NCBI RefSeq assembly: GCF_006345805.1 | Contig: NW_021833386.1 | Span: 1 to 27,319, forward strand | Source of the DNA: Octopus sinensis | Taxonomy: Eukaryota | Reading direction: 5' to 3' | DNA: 27,319 bases | In this document: positions 12,826-25,706 of the stretch, piece by piece | Layout of the letters: every line of letters starts with the position of its first letter | How positions within the stretch are numbered: the stretch's first letter is position 1 | Made by a program: the position numbers and the translations under genes | The notes under the pieces: generated by a model | What the model was told of the DNA's origin: nothing | Databases searched by the model: none | Seen by the model: the letters and a program-made list of their open reading frames with translations, nothing else

Positions 12826-13905
12826 TCACCCATCTTTTTTAAAACATTCGCTAGACAAAACTTGCCTCTCTACTCTCACTTTCCTTTTCAAGTGATACTT
12901 GAAGAAGTTGATGAGAGATTTACCAGAGAGGAAAGTGTTTGTCTCCAATCCTTTCAGACGCGTCCACCAGATACATTCTTTCGCCATAGCCACAAGGATG
13001 ATGAAAATAGCTCTTCCTTCCCGTTTGAAGGAAGGAGGCGTGACAATACTGACGATAGACTCGGCTGATAAACCGACTCGTCCCACACGTGACAGCAGTT
13101 GTTCGACATAAGCCCACAGGTCGGAAATTGTTGGACACTGAACGAGTGCGTGCAGAACGGTTTCGTCGCTCTGACCGCATCTCGGGCAGGTCGGCCTCGT
13201 GTTTCTCGAGCCGTGTCTGTAGAGCTTATCCCGAACGGGTAGCACTGCCAGGCCAGGGATCTCTGGAAGTTGTCCATGGGCCCTGCCCCGAAAGTCGTTT
13301 CAAACAGGCGGGTCAGGTATTCCTCGTCGACGTCCAGGTTCACCCCGAGCTCGTCGTCGTACCTCCCCTCCACTAATCCCCTATAGAATGCTTGGGTTGT
13401 GTTGAAGTCACTCAAGGTCGACCCGGGACGGCAGAGTTGCTTGAGAGCAACGCGACACTGGCGGTGCCATTCGCCCTTCCTCGGCCTCTTTTTGATCCAC
13501 GACTGCAGTTCGGTCATGGAGACGAGTTGCGGGAAAGCGTGCCTCACAAACGGCGACCACACCTGTTCACCGTCGTCTACGTAGAGCCTGAGGTGTCGCA
13601 GTATCAGCGCGTGTCTGCGCATCATCAACCACGGCTTGCCCAGTCCTCCTTTTAACGGGTGTTGACAGCAAGTGGATCGCCTGACCATCGGGACGCATCC
13701 TTTTTCACAAGAAGCGGAAGAGAATGCGTTCTAGTTTGGGGATGGTAGGGTTGGGACAATGCACGACGGTCAGGCGGTAGTAGATGACGGACGCGATGTA
13801 CGAGTTCGCCACCTCCGCCCGACCTTTTAGGGACAGTTTCCTCTCGGCCCATTGCCGGGCGAGAGTGACCACCCTACTCGTTATCTCGTTCCAGTTCTTC
13901 TCCAT
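12826..13905 (-). pseudogene. C-terminal ORF2 region of the Tx1-like LINE, split across frames
   Basis: Track ORFs 13705-13905 (LSLKGRAEVANSYIASVIYY), 12954-13688 (GGLGKP...RHAL) and 12826-13245 (CPRC...H...C) are successive frameshifted parts of one ORF2. Confidence 0.85.
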
Positions 13906-13994
13906 TTAGAGACCCGGACCAAACCAGACCCCGAGCGACCGTCGATCCAGCGTCCCACGACGGAGACGCTGGTGGACGGCAAGGGCTTGCCTCT

Positions 13995-15032
13995 CTAGGT
14001 GCCGAGTCGCAAGCCCACTGATTTTTCCCGGTTGATTTTCGCTCCTGTCACCGCTTCGTAGTTTTTCAGTTTCTCACCGACCTGCTCGATGTGCTCGTGG
14101 CTAGACACTATGACGGTGACGTCGTCCGCGTATGCAGACACGCTCGTCCCGCATCCCAGTTCTCGTGGGATGCTCCTCAGAGTTGCCAGCTTCCGCAATA
14201 ATGGCTCGAGAGTCAATACGTATAGAAGCGACGAGAGGGGGCATCCCTGACGGACCGAACGTGCGATGTCGAAAGGTCTCGATAGATGTCGATTTACGCA
14301 AATTACCGAACGGATGCCTCTGTACAAGGCAGCTATCCAGCCGCGGAAGACGGGACCGAAACCAGCTGCTCTGAGGACAGCCTCCAAGTATCGATGGTCT
14401 ACCCTATCGAAAGCTTTCGATTGATCCAAATTGATCAGCGCGCCACCCATGCCAGGTTCCTTGACTACTCTGTCTATGATGTAGCGCATCAGGTGGAGGT
14501 TGTCATGGATGCTTCGGCCCGGCACGGCGCACGTTTGCGCCTTGTCGACCAGTTTCTCGATGACAAGCGCCAACATCTTGGCTAACACCTTGGCCAAAAT
14601 TTTCAAGTCTGCATTAAGCAGAGTGATGGGCCTAAAGTTATCTATTACATTCCCCTTGTTTAGATCTTTCTTCAGCAGTGTTACGGCTCCTCGGCTCACA
14701 AAACCAGGAATGCTCCTGTTTTGCTGCCAGTTGCAGTACATCGCTGCCAAGACGTTTCCAAACATGTCTGGCATAAAGCTCGTAGGGTAGACCATCCAGA
14801 CCCGGCGATTTGTCCCTCTAGCATTCCGCCCTCGCGTCCTGCACTTTCGCCGCCGTGATGGCACCTTCGCAACGCCCTGCCTCTCTTGTCGAGAGTCGTG
14901 GTAGGCTGTGTAGGTAGGCACTGAAGTCCACCCTACGTTCTTGCCCGCCACTCGTCCCGAACAGTCGGGCAAAATGCTATTGAAAAGCCTCACACATTTT
15001 ACTTGGCTCGAGCAATTCGCGCCCCTGTTCAT
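13995..15032 (-). pseudogene. Reverse transcriptase domain of LINE ORF2 (frameshifted)
   Basis: Motifs NFRPITLLNADLKILAKVL, GRSIHDNL, LDQSKAFDRVDH, VRQGCPLS, AYADDVTV, KINREKS. Confidence 0.93.
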
Positions 15033-15163
15033 CTACCAGAGAACGAATGGTGGCTTTGTTGCCTGTTGCGCCTCTGCCACCCGGGCTTCTCTCGCGGCTC
15101 CAACACCTTCGTTCCTTAGAGCACGCATCCTAGCTCTGACAACACACCCATCGTGTTTGGCGT

Positions 15164-15650
<487 letters not shown>

Positions 15651-15849
15651 CGGTGAAAGGAGATTGAATAATACAGAAGGTTTCACTTTCGATACACGTG
15701 AACACTGACGAATGCGAGGACCCAGATTTTGTATTTGTTTAAGTGGTGTCGATAGAGCACCACAATTTTTGGGTGTAAAGTCAAACATTAACATTTCTGG
15801 GATTCTTTACATAAACAAGTTTTATATAAATCATTTTTACATAAGGTAA

Positions 15850-16280
15850 GTTTCTTTATTGGCCACACAGGGCTGCACACAGATGAGACAAGTTACAAGG
15901 TAGAGCTTTTCTTTTGGGGGAGAAAAAAGAGGTGGAGTAGGTTTTCGATCAAAAGGGATCGTAAAAGGGAAAAAAGAACAAAAAAAGAGAAAAGAAAAAA
16001 AAGGAAAAGAAAAAAAAAGAAAAAAAGGAAAAAAAGGAAAAGAAAAAAAAAGAAAAAAGGGAAAAAATGAAAAGAAAAATGAAAAACGAAGAAAAAAGAG
16101 GAAGAAAGGGGGAGAGGAAAAAAAACGATCAATAGGGATCGTGTATCACAGTGTCATGATGTATGGTGTAAAGGGGAAAGCAAGTAAGGTTTATCCGTGG
16201 GAAGAAAAGCCTACGAAAAAGACCACGGTAACCTTGGTCAATATTGTTATATGTTACCACATTTGTTTGCAAGTGGGTAA
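15850..16280 (-). mobile_element. Third Tx1-like copy, 3' UTR only
   Basis: Aligns with 12374-~12745 (gccacacagggctgcacaca; gaccacggtaac; gttaccacatttgtttgcaagtgggtaa). Confidence 0.9.
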
Positions 16281-16585
16281 GCAGTACATATTAAGGAACA
16301 CATTTACAGGTGTACAGTGTAGGTATATTCGTTGTTATTTTGTTTAGCCCTCCCCGTCAGTCGTGTTCTGGTTGATCTATGATCATTTAGGCTGCAACCA
16401 TAATCTTTCAGTCTCTTTGTATATCCAAGGCTACATTTACTTGTGAAATATCTTTAAAGAGAGAAGGGGTGGATTTGGAAAAGAGACTTAGCTGCTATTT
16501 CTATAAGATTAATATAATTTTCCTTGGAGATCAGAAAGCGAAAAGGGTACAGGTTCTCCCTTTTTGATAATTAATGCTCCAGAAA

Positions 16586-16793
16586 GGCGGTATCTGGCCG
16601 AACCGTTAGTACACCGGGCAAAATGCGTAGCGGGTTTTTTTTCCGAGTTCTGAGTTCAAATGCCGCGGGGGGCCGACTGTGCTTTCAACCTTTTGAAGTC
16701 GATAAAATAAATACCAATTGGACAAAGGGATCGATGCAGTCGACTAGCTCCTTACCCCAAAATGTCAGGTCTTGTGCCTATAGCAGAAAGGAT
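16586..16793 (+). mobile_element. SINE family A with 16-bp target-site duplication
   Basis: attaatgctccagaaa at 16570-16585 and 16794-16809 flanks a family A body. Confidence 0.85.
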
Positions 16794-17512
16794 ATTAATG
16801 CTCCAGAAACTTATTCTCATATTAGCACAAGGCAGCAGGTTTGTAATGGAAAGAATAAAGACATATAGAGCGGCCTCAATATATATATACCTAGTACATA
16901 TTTAAATCCACGAAAGGATTCCTTATATTAGTAAACAACCACAAATTTCTGAGTAAGATAAACGCGCTTCTCGATAACTTCTAGACGATGTACACCTACC
17001 AAACTCAACCAAAATAATCATTTCTACTTTTTGCACAAGGCTAACATTTTACACCAAAATCTTATAGGGAACCCCGGTTGAGAACCGCTGATCTAAACGA
17101 ATACGTCCTCTCACCACCAAAATATCTAGCTTGAAGATTATCTTAGAAAAGCTTTGGATTGCTAGATTATTAAAGCGTCCGATAAATTATCATGCCATAT
17201 TTAGTTACGGTCATTTACAGTCTAAGTTCAAAACTTGTTTCGGCCTACTTCATCGGTTGTCTTAAAAGAAAGAACCAGACAAGTATCGTGGCTGATTTAA
17301 TCTCTACCTCCTAAATTTGTCGCCTTGTGACTATGTGAGACGAAATTTCATGGGGACCATCTTTGCCTTTCATCCTTCCGGTGTCAATAAAAGAAAGTAC
17401 CAGTCGAAAAACTGGTATCGATTAGATAACTGAAGCTCACCACCTCCACCACTGTGTGAAACAATTATTATCATCATCATCATCATCATATTACTATTAT
17501 TATTATTATTAC

Positions 17513-17552
<40 letters not shown>

Positions 17553-17593
17553 GTTAGTAGTAGTAGTAGTAGTAGTAGTAGTATAGTAGTAGT

Positions 17594-17806
17594 AAGGTGG
17601 TGAGCTAGCAGAATTGTTAGCGCACCGGACGAAATGCTTAGCGGTATTTCGCCCATCGCTACGTTCTGGGTTCAAATTCCGCTGAGGTTGACTTTGTCGC
17701 TCATCCCTTCGGGATCGATAAATCATGTACGAGTTGCGTACTGGGATACGATCTAATCGACTAGCACCTCCCCAAAACTTTCGGGCCTTATGCCTGGAGT
17801 AGAAAA
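17594..17806 (+). mobile_element. SINE family A, full length
   Basis: ggtgagctagcagaattgttagc ... gggttcaaattcc ... gggccttatgcctggagtagaaa. A degenerate partial copy lies at ~17300-17450. Confidence 0.8.
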
Positions 17807-17892
17807 TTATTATTATTATTAATTTTTCTGAGGGTTCGTTCTTCAACTATGTTGTGCGTCCGGTCGTATTTTTATTTTTATTTTCTTTTTTT

Positions 17893-18283
17893 CTTTTACT
17901 TGTTTCAGTCATTTGACTGCGGCCATGCTGGAGCACCGCCTTTAGTCGATCAAATCGACCCCGGGACTTATTCTTTGTAAGCCCAGTACTTATTCTATCG
18001 GTCTCTTTTGCCGAACCGCTAAGACGGGGATGTAAACACACACCAGCACACAAACACAAACACATACATATATATATAGATATATATATATTATATATAT
18101 ATATTATATATACATATATACGACAGGCTTCTTTCAGTTTCCGTCTACCAAATCCACTCACAAGGCATTGGTCGGCCCGGGGCTATAGCAAAAGACACTT
18201 CCCAAGATGCCACGCAGTGGGACTGAACCCGGAACCATGTGGTTGGTTAGCAAGCTACTTACCACACAGCCACTCCTGCGCCT
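17893..18283 (-). mobile_element. tRNA-derived SINE family B with internal (TA)/(TG) microsatellite
   Basis: Reverse complement starts aggcgcaggagtggctgtgtggtaag, has B-box-like gggttcagtcc, and ends ccagcatggccgcagtcaaatgactgaaacaagtaaaag. Confidence 0.85.
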
Positions 18284-18599
18284 ATTTCGTTATTTTTATA
18301 TTTTATTTATTTATTTATTTGTTTTCTTTTTATCTTTAAGGGGGACGCATTTCATTTCATTTCATTTCTTTCGGTTCATTAAAATCTTTGAAACATTAAC
18401 ATCAATAAAGAATGCTTGCTCCCTCGTCACAATCTTCCTTCAACTTCAATGGCCGGATGGGTAATAAAACCAGCAGGAAGAGGGGGAAGAACACAAGAAC
18501 CCAATGACTATAAACAAGAGACAAAAGCTTTCTAGACAAACATTACAGAAGAAGGCGAAGACATTAAATGGGAAGCCACTTTACACGTGTGGAGAAGCA

Positions 18600-18630
18600 C
18601 TTCTTTTAGCTATTGAAGAAGAAGAAGGAG

Positions 18631-18665
<35 letters not shown>

Positions 18666-18770
18666 GAAGAAGGAGAAGAAGAAGAAGAAGAAGAAGGAGG
18701 AGGAGGAGAAGAAGAAGAAGAAGAAGAAGAAAAGAATGTGGTGGTGGTGATAATGATAATGATGATGATG
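18600..18770. repeat. (GAA)n/(GGA)n trinucleotide tract
   Basis: Direct reading. Confidence 0.9.
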
Positions 18771-18779
18771 TTTGTCTTG

Positions 18780-18925
18780 AAGTTCTGAGTTTGAATTCCG
18801 CTGAGATCCATTTTACCTTTGATCCTTTCGGGGTCGATAAAATGACTATCAGTTGAGGACTGGGGTTGATGTTATCGATTTATATATCCCATCTCCGAAA
18901 TTGCTGAACTTGAATTGCCAAAATT
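18780..18925 (+). mobile_element. 5'-truncated SINE family A
   Basis: gttctgagtttgaattccgctgag...cctttcggggtcgataaaa...ggggttgat. Confidence 0.6.
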
Positions 18926-19104
18926 TGAATCAATAATGTGTGACAGGAGTGAGATTTGACTGTTATTTCTTGTTGGTCAAGCTTTCCTCATGCTGTACTT
19001 ATTATTGTTGTTGTTTTAAGCTTCTAGTCGAGCAGTCCTAGGATGCAAGGGATTCCAAGTGCGACCATCGTGTTTTTTCAAGGGATGTGCAGATCGACGT
19101 TAAC

Positions 19105-19689
19105 CTTTGCTTGTTTCAGTCCTTAGGTCGCGACCATGCTAACACGCTGCCTTGAAGATTTTAGTCGGGCCTGGTATTTTTCTAGCGGTCTATTTTGCCT
19201 AAACACTAAGTTACTGGGACGTAAACAAACCAACATCGGTTGTCAATGGGTGTTCATTTCTTTAGAGGAGTGAGAAGCATGACACAAAAACTCATGTATC
19301 CACACTCAAACACACACACATACACTAACACACACACATACACTAACACACACACACTCACACACACATACATACATACATACATACATACATACATACA
19401 TACATACATACCTCTCATACATACATACATACATACATACATACATACATACATACATACATACATACATACATACATACATACATACCTCTCATACATA
19501 CATACATACATACATACATACATACATACATAAATACGTACGACTGGCTTCTTGCAGTTTCCGATCAAGATCTTGATCGGCCAGAGACTACGTACAAGAC
19601 AGTTGCCCAAGGTGCCACGGAGCGGGAGTGAACCCAACGTTACGTAGATGGAAAGCAAGCGTTTTACCAACGCAGCCGCGCCCGCGCCT
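19105..19689 (-). mobile_element. Diverged SINE family B with expanded internal (CATA)n
   Basis: Same layout as 17893-18283 (ttgtttcagtc...gaccatgct; gtaaacaaaccaaca; gacagttgcccaaggtgccacg; gcgcct end). Confidence 0.75.
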
Positions 19690-20129
19690 AGTATCTAACT
19701 TTTCTTCCATGATTTAAGGCGATAGGACGATTTCTGATTTAGCTTCTATTTCTAGCAGATCGCCTAGCCACATGCATTATACTCATTCATTAGAGTTATT
19801 GTGGTAGTACTTGCTATGGTGGTGGCTGGTGTTGTTTTATGAACACAAAGAAACCGATTGTGATGCAAGTGTCATCCTTGATGCTTTCATATTCCACGCT
19901 TGACTTGATCCCCCTTGCCAAAGAAAACCTCATTTCACATTTGATGAGAGGACAACAAAAATAATAATTACAAAGCCCGAAGAAGTCTGTTTTTGTGTAC
20001 GTCGCGTGTCGTGTGCCATGTGGCATGAGCCATGTGCCGTGTTGTTCTTGTAAGGCATTTGTTACTTGAAGGTGTCTGTTCTTTGTTTGTCCAAGTCTGA
20101 GTGTAATTCGCGGTAGAACGTCAAGTAGC

Positions 20130-20291
20130 GTGTATGTCCGCACATGTATTTCTCTGTGCGTGCATACGTGTATGCGTGTACGTGAACACAGGCGCGCATG
20201 TGTGTGTGTGTGTGTGTATTCTTCTGTATCCGCGCATGTTTTTGCTTTTGTATGCGCGCACGTGTATCTATTCCCGCGTGTATTTATGTAC

Positions 20292-20330
<39 letters not shown>

Positions 20331-20600
20331 TGTGTGTGTATGTGTGTGTGTGTGTGATGTGTGTGTTGGTGTGTGCGTGTGTCTGCAATTATGTTTATAT
20401 ATGCTTCCTTTTCCGTGTGTATGTGTGTGTGTTTGTGCGTGTTTACGTGCGCACGTTTGTACGTCCGTGTGTGTGTGCGTGCGTGTATATGTAAAAGTGA
20501 ATGTGTGTGTGTGCGCGCGTGTGTGTGTGGTGTGTGTGTGTTTGTGTGTTTATGTGATTGCGTGTGCCTGTATGTGTACATTGCGGGCACGTGTGAAAGT
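20130..20600. repeat. Degenerate (TG)n array
   Basis: Direct reading. Confidence 0.9.
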
Positions 20601-21021
20601 GCTTATGTTTATTTGACACTTCATATGGTATTTCATTCAACCCAGTGCTGCTCCTCCACACCCCACACAGACCTGTCACACACACCTCCTCAAACAATAA
20701 AAGCCAAATGTTATTCAAAATATTGACGGTAATAATAACAATAATGATAACGACGATGATGATGATGGTGATGAGTAGGAGAAGGATGAGGATGACAAAA
20801 GCCCAGAAATATCAAGGAAGGCAGTGATGAAGGGGGCTTGGCTGATGACGTCCGTACCATGTACATATTTCACAGGTACTTGATTGAATTGAACTCACGC
20901 TGTATCAAAGGCGAAGTCGACCTTGGACCTTGACGAGATATAAACACTGAACGACGAGACAGCGACATGACGGAATAACACATGGATATCTACCGATTCT
21001 GCCCAACCACCGACCTATAAA

Positions 21022-21023
21022 TA

Positions 21024-21072
<49 letters not shown>

Positions 21073-21126
21073 CGATGACGACGATGATGATGATGATGAT
21101 GGTGATGGTGATGGTGATGGTGATGG

Positions 21127-21174
<48 letters not shown>

Positions 21175-21246
21175 CGATGACGACGATGATGATGATGATG
21201 ATGATGGTGATGGTGATGGTGATGGTGATGGTGATGATGATGATGA

Positions 21247-21278
<32 letters not shown>

Positions 21279-21410
21279 CGATGACGACGATGATGATGAT
21301 TGATGATGATGATGGTGATGGTGATGGTGATGGTGATGGTGATGATGGTGATGATGATGATGATGATGATGACGATGACGATGACGATGACGATGATGAT
21401 GATGATGATG

Positions 21411-21444
<34 letters not shown>
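21022..21444. repeat. (ATG)n/(GTG/ACG)-interrupted array ending in (AAT)n
   Basis: Direct reading. Source of the poly-His, poly-Met and poly-Asp ORFs. Confidence 0.97.
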
Positions 21445-21447
<3 letters not shown>

Positions 21448-21990
21448 CAGGCAGTGGCTCTCGTGGCTTCTGATCTTAACTGATCGGAAGTGTTATCATT
21501 TACATTGCTTTGTCTTGGTATAAAAGATGGGCTACAGCAAATATTCTGCTCAATACCACAGATTTGCTTGTCAGTTGTTTGACCATAACCAGTTGAGCAT
21601 GTCCCGTAGTGGCTAACGATATGTGCATCTCTAATCACGAGCAGAAGTATTGGGGGAGCATCGTAGCCATGTGTTGAGAAGAATTCTTTAGGGTTTGAAT
21701 AATTCACCTCTGGAAACACGGGTGTTTTGTTCAACATCCTTAAACAACCCTTATTCAAGGACCTTTTGAGAGGTATGGGGTACTCGACCAGAAGAAAATT
21801 CTAACTGGGCCCCACCTGCAAGGTCATGCGCTGTTTATCTTGACATGAAATCACCATGTCGCGCACATATGGTTGTGATGTATGTGCCTGGTGTACCCTT
21901 ATCAGACAGGTTGTCATGGTGGGTATACTAGGCTTCGTATATTTTTACCCCTGTGTCACTTTGATGGCATGCACTGCTCCCTCACTCAAT
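21445..21990 (+). mobile_element. Interspersed repeat family D, single-unit copy
   Basis: Reverse-complement homolog of 4324-5023 without the internal duplication. (AAT)n on both sides. Confidence 0.8.
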
Positions 21991-22001
21991 TATGAAAATA
22001 A

Positions 22002-22060
<59 letters not shown>

Positions 22061-22109
22061 TAATAATAATCATTTGTACTATAGACACAAGGCCTGAAAT
22101 CAACTTATA

Positions 22110-23520
22110 GAGTAAGAATTATTGAACGGAGAGCGGATAAACTGAAGGACATCGGCAGAAAAACAACAGGAAATGTATAGAATCGAATCACATATCCTAT
22201 CGGATGTGGACCGGTTGTCCGGGAGAAAAGCAGGAGGAGGGAGTGGATAAATGAATGTCTAAGAGGTTAATAGACGTATAGAAGATAGGTCTATGATCCT
22301 ATCAGGAAGAGAAAGGAGAAACACTCCTGAAGAAGATAATGTAAGAAGGACTAATTATAGACGACGTCTACGACGACGACGACCAATTTTAGAATATCTA
22401 GAACCGAGAAAGGGAGAACAGGGAAAGCGAAAAAGATGGGGTCAAATTTTGAAAGAAAGAAACTTCATTCTCTGTTTTTTCAAAAACACGAAGAAAATAG
22501 GGAAACATAGACAGTTGCCTCTGGCTAAAGAATTGGAGAGTACTGAAGAAAGAGACCGATAGAAGGATTTTGTCAGCGCAGAAACAGGCTCTAAGGGTAA
22601 ACTGGATTAAGAAGATGAATAATAGATCAGCAGGAGTGTAGAATGCGTAATGGTTCAAATGGGATCATAGTCTACATTGTATTGGAATGTCCACAGATCA
22701 GAATGAATACAAAAGAAAAACAACATGGTTATGATATGACTACTGCAATAATTCGCTGGAATTTTTTTGCAACAATTTGCTTTTGCTTGCCCAGAATAGA
22801 ACTACAAGGCGAGCTGGCAGAAACGTTAGCACGCCGGGCGAAATGTGTAGCCGTATTGCGTCTGCCGTTACGTTCTGAGTTCAACTTCCGCCGAGGTCGA
22901 CTTTGCCTTTCATCCTTTCGAGGTCGATAAATTAAGTACCAGTTACGCACTGGGGTCGATTTAATCGACTCAATCCGTTTGTCTGTCCTTGTTTGTCCTC
23001 TCTGTGTTTAGCCCTTTCTAGGTAGTAAAGAAATAGGTATTTCGTCCGCCGCTGCGTTCTAAGTTCAAATTCCGCCGAAGTCGACTTTGCCTTTCATCCT
23101 TTCGGGGTCGATAAATTAAGTACCAGTTACGCACTGGGGTCGATGTAATCGACTTAATCCGTTTGTCTATCCTTGTTTGTCCCCCTCTATGTTTAGCCCC
23201 ATGTGGGCAATAAAGAAATAAGAATAGAACTACAAGCATTCTATGAGAATAAAATTACGATCCCTTAAAAAGGATGAATTGAGGGAGTTGTGGATATTTC
23301 CTATTCAAACCGAAAGAAGGAAAAAATATAGAAGCTCAGATACTGTTGTTATTGACAAGAAGAAAGTACGTGAAATGTCCACTTTACATCAAAGTAGAAG
23401 GAAATGCGAAAGAAAAAGTACAGCATCATACCGACTTAAAGCATGCACTCCTCAGTTACTAGAACAGAAATTAATTCGTAATATTTCTGTTTATTATTGA
23501 GGCCTAGGAATCAGTGACAA
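22110..23520 (+). pseudogene. Decayed RLE-type (R4/Dong-like) non-LTR retrotransposon ORF, interrupted by a SINE dimer
   Basis: Manual translation gives KLKDIGRKT and SDVDRL...GGG (~22140-22250), WLKNWRVLKKETDRRILSAQKQALRVNWIKKM from 22522, remnants of the C..C/H...C knuckle, and LWIFPIQTERRKKYRSSDTVVIDKK (PD-type nuclease motif) after the SINE. Many stops and frameshifts. Clade assignment is from memory. Confidence 0.6.
22809..23220 (+). mobile_element. Head-to-tail SINE family A dimer with 16-bp target-site duplication
   Basis: agaatagaactacaag at 22793-22808 and 23221-23236. The second unit (~23035-23220) is 5'-truncated. Confidence 0.9.
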
Positions 23521-23550
23521 AATGCCTAGTAGCAAATTTTTTATTATTAT

Positions 23551-23984
23551 CGGCGAGTTGGCAGAATCGTTAGCAGGTCGGGCGAAATGCTTTGCGGTAT
23601 TTCCTCTGCCGTTAGGGTTTTAAGTTCAAATTCCGCCGAGGTTGACTTTGCCTTTCATTATTTCGGGGTCGATATAATTAGTACCAGTTACGCACCGGGG
23701 TCGATGAAATCGACTTAATCCCTTCCCCCACAATTTGAGGCCTTGTGTTTCCAGTAGAAAGGATTATTATCATTATCATCAAGGCTGCGAGCCGGCAGAA
23801 TCGTTAGCACGCCGGACTAAATTCTTAGCGGTATTTCGTCTGCCGCAACGTTCTGAGTTCAAATTCCTTTGCCTTTTATCCTTTCGGGGTAGATAAATTA
23901 AATACCATTTGAAGACTGGGGTCAATGTAATCTACTTAATCCCTACCCAAAAATGTCAAGCCTTGGGCCTATAAGAGAAAGGAT
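23551..23984 (+). mobile_element. Two adjacent SINE family A copies (~23551-23765 and ~23781-23984)
   Basis: Both have ggcagaatcgttagc heads, gagttcaaattcc/aagttcaaattcc boxes and gccttg...agaaaggatt tails. Confidence 0.85.
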
Positions 23985-24014
23985 TATTATTGTTTTTGTT
24001 GTTATTATTTTATG

Positions 24015-24118
24015 TTTGACTTTTGCTTTACATTTGTACAAGTTGGCTCCAAGTCTCACCCAGAGATCTCAAGAGACAAGTTAGAAGTTCATGTTATTAT
24101 TATTATTATTATTATTTT

Positions 24119-24191
<73 letters not shown>

Positions 24192-24376
24192 TAACAAGAC
24201 GGTGAGCTGACAGAATCCTTATCACGCCGGACAAAATACTAAGCGACATTTCGTCTATATTTACGTTCTGAGTTCAAATTCCGGCGAGGTTGACTTTGAC
24301 TTTTGCTTTACATTTGTACAAGTTGGCTCCAAGTCTCACCCAGAGACCTCAAGAGACAACAAGTTGGAATTTCATG
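24015..24376 (+). repeat. ~80-nt direct duplication (24015-~24093 and 24295-~24376) enclosing (ATT)n and a SINE A head (24196-24298)
   Basis: tttgacttttgctttacatttgtacaagttggctccaagtctcacccagaga occurs twice. Confidence 0.85.
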
Positions 24377-24722
24377 TAGGTGTTATGCCAAGGGTGCCAT
24401 ATATTTGGTTTTGTACTTAATGTTGTACTAGTGAATGTTTAAAAAAAGCATTAAAAAATTGTTTGTTTTAAAACTTGAGATTACATAGAAAGTATTTTGC
24501 GTAGGATATGAACAGTTCCCATGAGCACTATCTTTTGAATTTCTGCCATTTTTGGGTTTCCTGGTATCTGAGTTAGGTAGCCATCAGCTCCTTTTGCTAG
24601 CATTCCCAGGGCACCTATGACAACAGGTATTGTTTTAGTCTTCAGGTTCCACATTATTTTTCCACATTTGCATATTATTGTTATTGTTATTATTGTTGTT
24701 ATTATTATTATTATTATTATTA

Positions 24723-24777
<55 letters not shown>

Positions 24778-24801
24778 TTATTATTGTTATTATTATTATT
24801 A

Positions 24802-25040
24802 AGGAGAGTAGATTGACAGAATTGTTATAGGCTCGGAAAAAATTCCTTGTGGTGTTTGTTCCTTGCGGAATTTTCCATGCTCAGTACGGATCAAATCCTG
24901 GCAGTCAACTTGGACTTCTGTTATTCCTAGACCGATAAAAATAAAGCAGTAGTCAAGTATTAGGATCGATATAATTGACTGTTCCCCACCCCTATCAACA
25001 CACCCATACTACACCCCAAAATGTTCTAGCTTACGCCTGT
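24802..25040 (+). mobile_element. Highly diverged SINE family A copy
   Basis: gacagaattgttatag...gaaaaattccttgtggtgttt...gatcaaatcctggcagtcaac...gaccgataaaaataaagcagt...gatcgatataattgact. Confidence 0.45.
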
Positions 25041-25531
25041 ATTATTCCATTATTCTATTATCGGTTTCAGACAGAGACTGTGGCCATGCTGGGGCTCCAC
25101 CAGAAATAATTGTTTCATATCTATGTCAAATCTTTTCATTATTCCTCAATCATTGAAACAGGCGTCTAGGAATCTGTTGTTATTCTTTGCAGGACAAGAA
25201 AATATAGGTGAAAGATTAGATATAATGTCTGAACAATTTGCTGAAAATTTGTGATAGGTGGCGCTACGAGAACTTTCTGTTGTGACTCCGGCTCTATATT
25301 ATATATCAGATAGATATCTTCCTGCTCAAATTACCGATTAATTTGTGCATATTACATTGGTAGGTGGTTAGAGTTCATGTATAGAGTTAGCAATGGTAGC
25401 TGTCTCGGTCTAATGTGTTGTCCACGAAGATGATGTATTGACGTTAGTGGTACACACACACACACACACACACACACGTATATATTTATGCATGTGCGTG
25501 TCAATGTACGCACATATATATATATATATTA

Positions 25532-25587
<56 letters not shown>

Positions 25588-25657
25588 ATATATATACGTA
25601 TATATATGTATATATATGTATGCATATATATATAAAGTATATGTATGTATAATTATA

Positions 25658-25706
<49 letters not shown>

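Larger units (their letters stand above)
12373..15163 (-). mobile_element. 5'-truncated non-LTR retrotransposon, L1/Tx1 clade
   Basis: Contains RT domain, C-terminal CPRCGQSDETVLHALVQC zinc-binding motif, 3' UTR, AATAAA and (TATC)n tail. (GATA)n flanks both ends. Several frameshifts. Confidence 0.92.

Noticed and set aside
12442-14790. Plus-strand ORFs overlapping the LINE
   Set aside because: They are antisense shadows of the GC-rich LINE ORF2 and of its purine-rich UTR tract.
17060-17092. ggttgagaaccgctg resembling a hAT/Charlie-type terminal inverted repeat
   Set aside because: No matching opposite end or TSD was found in the window.
21015-21758. 247-aa poly-His/Ser/Tyr ORF and poly-Met/Asp ORFs
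   Set aside because: They come from an (ATG)n/(AAT)n array joined to repeat family D. No coding evidence.
25123-25254. Short open frame MSNLFIIPQ...GQENIGERLDIMSEQFAENL with an acceptor-like ttctttgcag at 25183-25192
   Set aside because: Too short and unrecognised. Cannot be distinguished from chance without RNA-seq or homology.
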